Below are positions 57,801 through 64,000 of a stretch of DNA of 64,000 nt, piece after piece. The position numbers were made by a program, and so were the translations under genes. The notes beneath the pieces were generated by a model. The model ran no database searches. It was not told where the DNA came from and saw only the letters and a program-made list of their open reading frames with translations. The DNA is from Setoptus koraiensis. Taxonomy: Eukaryota > Animalia > Arthropoda. The stretch is taken from the NCBI GenBank assembly GCA_048013815.1, contig CM106585.1, positions 21,080,001 to 21,144,000 of the forward strand. The letters are read 5' to 3'. Within the stretch, counting starts at the first letter, position 1; every line of letters begins with the position of its first letter.

Positions 57801-59234
57801 TTGTGCCTTAGGTGACTTTGCCTTGCAAGAGAGAGAGAGAGAGGCGTCTATCTAAACATTTGCGTCTTTGAAAGTCGGTTGAAAGCAGATTCTGACAGAA
57901 TCTTTGTTTCACCAACTGACTGGCTGAACAGCAAGCAGCAAATGTGATGCCAGCCAGCCAGCCAGTCTGGCCCGCACAACAGCAGTCTCGGCAGCTAATC
58001 AGTCAGCTGATACAGTAAGATGATTAGACATACTTTCATATTGTGTGCTGAACATAAGTGTGAATAATAAGTAAATGAAATGAAATGAATTAGCTGAATT
58101 GATTAATCAGCTACCACTGCTGCCACCAAATAAACTGCTAATAAATATCCGAGCGTCACATGCAAGCTCTATGAGCGCGCACACACTCGACATGCAAGAT
58201 TTGTGTCTATATCACGTATTTAGCCAGAGACGTGTGGCGGCTGGATATTTCTAGACAACTGACTACTGCTAACAACAATGCTCAACTCACCTCGTTGGCT
58301 GCTGATTCCCTGCGTGTGTCCTCCTCTTTCCATTTGTGTACAGGTGCCTGCCAGGTCTGATAGGCGAGAGAGTGTACAGTGATACAGTACAGGTGAAGGT
58401 GAGCGTCAATATCAGGCAATCATCTATCTCTTGTTGTTTGGTTGTTCAATCAATGATACTATTAATAGTGCTAGTTGTAACAATTTGAGCTGCAGCTACC
58501 GCGGTTGTTGCTGTTGTGGTTGCTGTTGTTGTTGTTGTTGTTGTTGTTGTTGCTGCTATCCAATCAAAAGTTTGTGTGCGCTACCAAGGGAGATAGATCC
58601 AGTAGTTGCAATCCAGTTTTATTATTATTTCCAATCTTTCTCACCAATGACTTTTAGCTTGTCCTAGACGCCCGACAAGAGCCACTCACAACTGCCAGAG
58701 TGTGCTATTGATAATAATAATAATGAACCAATTGTTTTTGTCGTGGTTGCTATTGCAAGGTTTGGAGGTACGTTATGCGTCGTCAAATCAGTCGTTGTCA
58801 GTTAAATGGTTGCTGTTGTTGCTTGCTGTTGTTGTATCATGCTGGCTTGTCGCGCGTGAGTGTGTGACTTAAACACAATGCATGCGATACGTACAGATAG
58901 ATGGATGTGTATTTTATTATTAATACAATTATTACAATTTATTATTATTATTATTATTATTATTATCGGGTCGTGTTGTGTGTTCACAGATAGACAACAA
59001 AGAGAGCAGTTGGTGTTGTTGTTGTGGTTGTTCGTCAAAAGAGAGCAACTATCTAGCCATGTACAGTATATATACTATACAGCAGCATATATACACTACT
59101 GCTGGTGGTAGTTGGAGCTGTTGTTGTATCGTAGAACTTAATGGACAACAACAAACGAACGAATCGAACAACAACAAAAACGAATCGAACACAACGAATT
59201 TTGAACCAGCAGCAGCAGTGTTGGTTCTATTTTC

Positions 59235-59267
<33 letters not shown>

Positions 59268-59751
59268 GTAGCAGCAGAGCCAGCCGTAGTTTTTGCATCA
59301 ACTTCGCCCGTTTCTGCCTGCCCCCTCCCCCCCAGTTCTATTCCCCGTGTGAGCAACAACAACAACAACAACAACACACTCTCTGGAGTTCATTTTTTGA
59401 CACACACACCAGGGCTGCAAAGTTGCTCGCACTGACACTCGCGCACACACACACAAAGACACAACAACAGCAACAACAGCAACAACAGCAACAGCAGCAG
59501 CAACAACAGCAGCAACAGCAACAACAGTGAAGTTTCGTCAGCTAGCAAACATCACAAGACAAAATGGAAACAAAGGTCAGCTGATTTGACAAACGGACAC
59601 GGGGACGGAAAGGAGGACAAGTGACAGACGGTCGGCTCTCAGCAACGCCAACGCTGGCAGCACTAACGACGCCAGACACAATGGCGCAGTCGCCGTTCGC
59701 TGGTTCGCTCGGCTGTGCGTTCGAAATCGAATTCTCTGCTCTGTCGGTTGC

Positions 59752-59809
<58 letters not shown>

Positions 59810-62000
59810 CTGGCAAAGCAGTTTGTTCGACGCATTGCCAGTGTAGCTCTGCCAGTGTAACACTGCCAGTGTAACGCGCACAGCGCCTATAATGGCCCAA
59901 GCACCAGCCAAGGATGCGGGGGAAGGCAGGGGGCCCGGGCGAGCCAGTGCCAGCGCACAGCATTTGTCAGTTGGCAGCGCTAACTGTTAGTGACTGACAC
60001 AGTGTTAGCGCTGGCCATTGTTGCCGTGTGCAGCCAACGGTACAACATCAACATTGCACCAATGTGCACCACTGGTGGCACAGCGAGCCCCATCGAGTCG
60101 CCTCTGACAGTTGTGACTCACAACAATTGTGAGTGGCGCAACTGAATTCGTGCGCAACATTCGGCACTCTGTTCAACAGACAGTTTGTTATTTGGAACAA
60201 CATTCAGTCTGTGCGCGCAAGCTGCGCAACAAAGTAGAGCCGCGCACAGACTGGGCCTCCCATTTAGCGCGGGCCTCGAGTATCGCAACAGTCGCCCAAA
60301 TATCCCATTTACGCGTATATGTGGGCACCGCGTTACGCGCAAATGTGTGTCAGTGGTGGCCGAGAGTGGCCCAGTTCGTGCCAGCGCTAACTGGCGCGAT
60401 TAATATCTAGCCAAGCACACGAGCGACGGGCCCAACGCTACGCGATCCCACTTCGCCTGGCCGTTCGGGCGCCCCAATTCGCAGCTCGCAACTGGCAGTT
60501 CGCAGCTCGCGATTCGCAGTTCGCGATTCGCAGCTCGCAACTGGCAACACGGAACAGATCGCGCTGAACGAGCGCCGATGATCAGATGATCGCGTGGGCG
60601 CCCCACGTCGCACTGGTGCTGCCATTGCGGGGACCTTCTCGACGCCACTTAATGGTGCGCTTGCAACTGTTCCAAATGACGTCTTGAGGACGAATCGGTG
60701 GCGCTGTTGCTTCGCTGTTGACGCCGTAGCAATGGTTTGGATATAGTTTCAGCCCCGACTGTCGACTGTGTGTGTGTGTTACTTGCACTCTTACCGACGA
60801 CGTTTATCTTTGCTCTCTCTCTCTCTCTCGCCCTGCTCACAATACCACAGCTGATAACTGTAGTGGGCCTAATATGCATTGTCTGCTGATAAGACCGTCA
60901 CTGTTATACTTGTCCCATTGTTAGCTCGCCAGGGTTAGCTTGCCAACGAGGCAACGCAAACGCCAACAACAACAACAACAACATTAGCAGAAACTAGAAA
61001 ATATTTCTCCGTTGCTGTCGCTGCTGTCGTCGTCGTTTATCGTGATTCTGGCTTACACTGCGAATTGTCTATACACTGATTGACAATACTACACTGTCTG
61101 CTGCTCTGGCTGACTTTCGACACAACAAAGGCACCATTCGGTCGGACCAACCTCGCAAACAGCTGATTGTGTTGTTGTTGTTATTTTAGTTGGTAGTAGC
61201 TGTCGGTTGTGTGCAGCGACTTGGTCGCCATTATTTGCTGTTGTTGTTGCTGTTGTTGCTGCTGTTGCTGCTGGTGCCACTGCTACATTACGCAATAGTG
61301 GAGCTACAATTGTTCTAACTCACTTATCTCCAGCGACTGGCAAAGCCATGCCAGCAGACATTTGCAATAATATGATGTGTGCGTAGCCGTTAAAAAAGAT
61401 AAACTGAGCGAGATATTTTGAGCATACAAGCCAACACATCGCAGCACGACGTATACAGATACAAGCGAACGATAGAGGCAGGAAAAAAGAATAAAAAGAA
61501 ATGAAAACCATCAACTGACAACCTTGTCCAACTCAACAATTTAATGATGATGCAAATGATGCAACAATGATTGCCGTATGGGTGTTGTCTTTGTTTCTAA
61601 CGCAACAGCAACGGCAACAGCACCAGCCACGACAACAACAACAACAACAACAACAACAATAGGTCACTTCTTTTTTCGCAATTCAGTTTCAGAAATTTGG
61701 AAATTTTCAGCTGGCAAAAAACTCCATCTCTCCTCGAAAATTATAGATGGCACAAGCGAATAAGCGAATTGTAACCGTAGCGTAACACGAATTTTGTCTA
61801 ATACTCACTCTCCTCTCGCCGTCATCATCGTCGTGGTCGTCGGATGACTTTGCTTTGTATCATCTGTGTGGTTCTATATAAAGGTGGCCATTTTAACCTT
61901 GTAACCTAGAAAACAAGTTCGCTTCTTATCTCATTGTCCGGCTCATTGCAACAGCGCGCCAAGACACGCATAGAAACTGGAAATCGTATCTCTTCCTCCA
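53400..62000. repeat. Microsatellite-rich noncoding region ((TA)n, (CA)n, (CAA/CAG)n, (TTG)n), probably the DOR 5' introns and regulatory region
   Basis: For example (TA)n at about 54337-54371, (CA)n at about 54815-54876, (CAA/CAG)22 at 59462-59527 and (GT)n at about 59761-59807. Similar (CA)n tracts at 35181-36282. Confidence 0.85.
60481..60550. repeat. 7-bp minisatellite GCRRYTS, about 10 units
   Basis: GCAGCTC GCAACTG GCAGTTC GCAGCTC GCGATTC GCAGTTC GCGATTC GCAGCTC GCAACTG GCAACAC. Confidence 0.85.
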
Positions 62001-62586
62001 GCAACAATCTAGGCAGTTTGTGTTTACATTTGCAACACTCAAATTACAACACTTGTCAGGTGTATAATGGCAGAGCGGTCGATTATCAGCGGCCTCTCAC
62101 ACAGCAGAGATAAGCTGAGATGAGAATAGAAAGTTGAGCCTGATACAATGGGAGTAACGTCCGATCTAGGGATAAATTCGCCTGTGTCCATCATTGGACG
62201 AAAGGGGATAATTTTGCAAATATTATCGGCTTGCGAATACGAGACAGGTGAGGTTGGCCGATGTTGTCGATACTTGCGATTGACACGAAACGAGCCGGCC
62301 GCTGGTCAGTCGGAGCTATGGAGGGCCATATACAGAGGCTCGCTGGTGCGATTGTTATCGCGTTCGTCAGATGACATAAATCGCAAAGTCAGCACAATGG
62401 CATGTTATCAGCCAGATTGTACAAGTACAATTGAGATACTGCCAACCAGATAGCCAATTTGACGACGACTACTTGACATTGATAAAGGCCATCTCGGCTC
62501 ACACAAATTGCCACTTCTCAGTTGTTATATGTTGTTGTTGTTGTTATTGTTATATTTGTTAGTATAATTTTATTCAACAAGTGGTG

Positions 62587-64000
62587 TCAATGCGCCACTC
62601 CAAAGCACAATATCTTGAAACGGCGATATCGTTGCTCTATTTGTTCTTTGCATCTTTCTCGTATGACTATGCTAGCTCCAACGGTCAAACCAATGACAAA
62701 TGTCACCATTGTAATGGCGAGCATTGTACCGATAGACAGCTTAGTTGTTTGCCTCAACAAATTAGCATTTTCTTCCGCCAGACCATTGTTGTCGGCATCA
62801 ATTAGAACTTGCTCATTCGATTGTTTGCCACCAGATTGTGAGTCGATAAACATGGCGTTAGTGGTAATATCTTTTTTCATTGTATAAATATAACAATTTG
62901 TCTCAAATATCAAACTGGATTTAGTTAGTTTTGTCCGCGCTCCGGTCATCGCAACAAAGCAGCTCTGGTGAGGACTGGCCTGAGCCTTGTAACAAAACTG
63001 AAACATGTTGCAGTTTTTGTTATTTTCCACACAACGCGATGCACATTCGTCGACATTTATACCCGTTATGGGCACCAACAATTGCTGCTGCCGCTCCTCT
63101 GTCAAGCTCATGTGATCTAATCGGTTGAAATCGGCCAAATACGACCGTTGGTAACGTCTGCAGGCCAGCCGCGTCGGTGGAAAAAATCTTATCCATGATC
63201 GCTGTTGCCTAGTGACCATATCCGACGAAACTGCCAATTGCGAGTCATTGGTCAGCTTTCTTGTGGCCTGCAAGAAGCAGATATTATTGTTGACTTGGTC
63301 ACTTCGGCCCGACTGTTTCGTTGCCGACTGTTTTCCATCGGCGCCCTGAGTCGACGGCGACATGTCTGGCTTTTGTGCGTTTGGATCGCAATAATCGAAG
63401 GACAAACAATTAAATTCCGACTCCATCACACACTGATGGGCGCAATCGTGTTCGTCGTGTGCCTCGGTCCTCTTGATTAATTTGCGCTCTCTCATATAGT
63501 CTGTGTACACTGGCTGCGCTGCGATCTGTTCAAGTTTTGAAAATTTAGCCAGAAAATCGCGCTGCACAATAACACATTGCGCCTCTTCCATTGAGCTAGC
63601 CAGAATGGACTTTCTGTCATACAGGCCACTTGTTACGCATTGTCTGTCAAAGTGACAGTAAGAAAAGGAGCCACAATCTCGTCCCCGATCAATACACAAC
63701 ATGGCGCATGTGTCATACGTCTGGCCACTGATCACAACGAGCTCGCCATCATCGGAGCCCAGCACAGATTGTGGCTCCTTTTCTGGGTTGCCGTCGACAC
63801 TAGTCGGCCCATTTTGGCCCCCATTCCAGTTTGTCTTGGGCAGTATTTTGAAGCGTCTCCGTCCGACAGAATCGTGAAAAGTTGCGCCGATATTATCGGC
63901 CTGATTATCATCTGCGTTTAGCATCTCTTCAAGAGTGTCTCGTTCTATCTCGAAACTACTGGGCACCAATACAATAAGCGCGTGTGCCCAAAAGTTTGGC
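62587..64000 (-). CDS. Type I membrane protein with at least three PAN/apple-like domains; 3' part only, runs off window end
   Basis: CAMLC..CGSFSYC..C, CAHQC..FNCLSFDYC and CASRC..CNMFQFC repeats; TM helix IGTMLAITMVTFVIGLTVGASIVI with a short basic tail. The frame is open to base 64000. Confidence 0.85.
   Translation of the reverse strand, partial: PNFWAHALIVLVPSSFEIERDTLEEMLNADDNQADNIGATFHDSVGRRRFKILPKTNWNGGQNGPTSVDGNPEKEPQSVLGSDDGELVVISGQTYDTCAMLCIDRGRDCGSFSYCHFDRQCVTSGLYDRKSILASSMEEAQCVIVQRDFLAKFSKLEQIAAQPVYTDYMRERKLIKRTEAHDEHDCAHQCVMESEFNCLSFDYCDPNAQKPDMSPSTQGADGKQSATKQSGRSDQVNNNICFLQATRKLTNDSQLAVSSDMVTRQQRSWIRFFPPTRLACRRYQRSYLADFNRLDHMSLTEERQQQLLVPITGINVDECASRCVENNKNCNMFQFCYKAQASPHQSCFVAMTGARTKLTKSSLIFETNCYIYTMKKDITTNAMFIDSQSGGKQSNEQVLIDADNNGLAEENANLLRQTTKLSIGTMLAITMVTFVIGLTVGASIVIRERCKEQIEQRYRRFKILCFGVAH

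Noticed and set aside
59141-59530. Poly-Gln ORF
   Set aside because: Non-ATG start; built from CA and CAA/CAG microsatellites.

Overview
Eukaryotic, gene-dense and intron-poor arthropod DNA. The gene set, the chelicerate-type cuticle protein and the intron scarcity suggest a mite with a reduced genome such as an eriophyoid; this is inference, not a taxonomic call. Genes supported from the sequence: USP8-like deubiquitinase (partial), UQCRH/QCR6, COA7, epsin, a 4-exon secreted Cys-rich protein, AP-1/AP-2 beta adaptin, a 1053-aa Rebers-Riddiford cuticle protein, an orphan coiled-coil ORF, PSMD13/Rpn9 (cut by a 500-N gap), two tandem intronless 14-3-3 genes, an orphan ORF, MYPT/PPP1R12, a UDP-glucose pyrophosphorylase, a truncated Polycomb-like protein, a very long TP53INP/DOR protein and a PAN/apple-domain membrane protein (partial). 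The 7.6-kb T/G-rich block before the gap is most likely a sequencing artefact. The standout is a 14-3-3 micro-system. The first part is a chimeric gene in which about 200 bp of 14-3-3 leader plus the first 48 codons of 14-3-3 are fused in frame to an otherwise intact UGPase, replacing its N-terminus. The second part is two 14-3-3 paralogs that form a mosaic of 100% identical and 72-80% identical tracts. The third part is a TA-flanked MITE upstream of one paralog, with the empty site visible in the other. No database searches were run; all counts are by hand.
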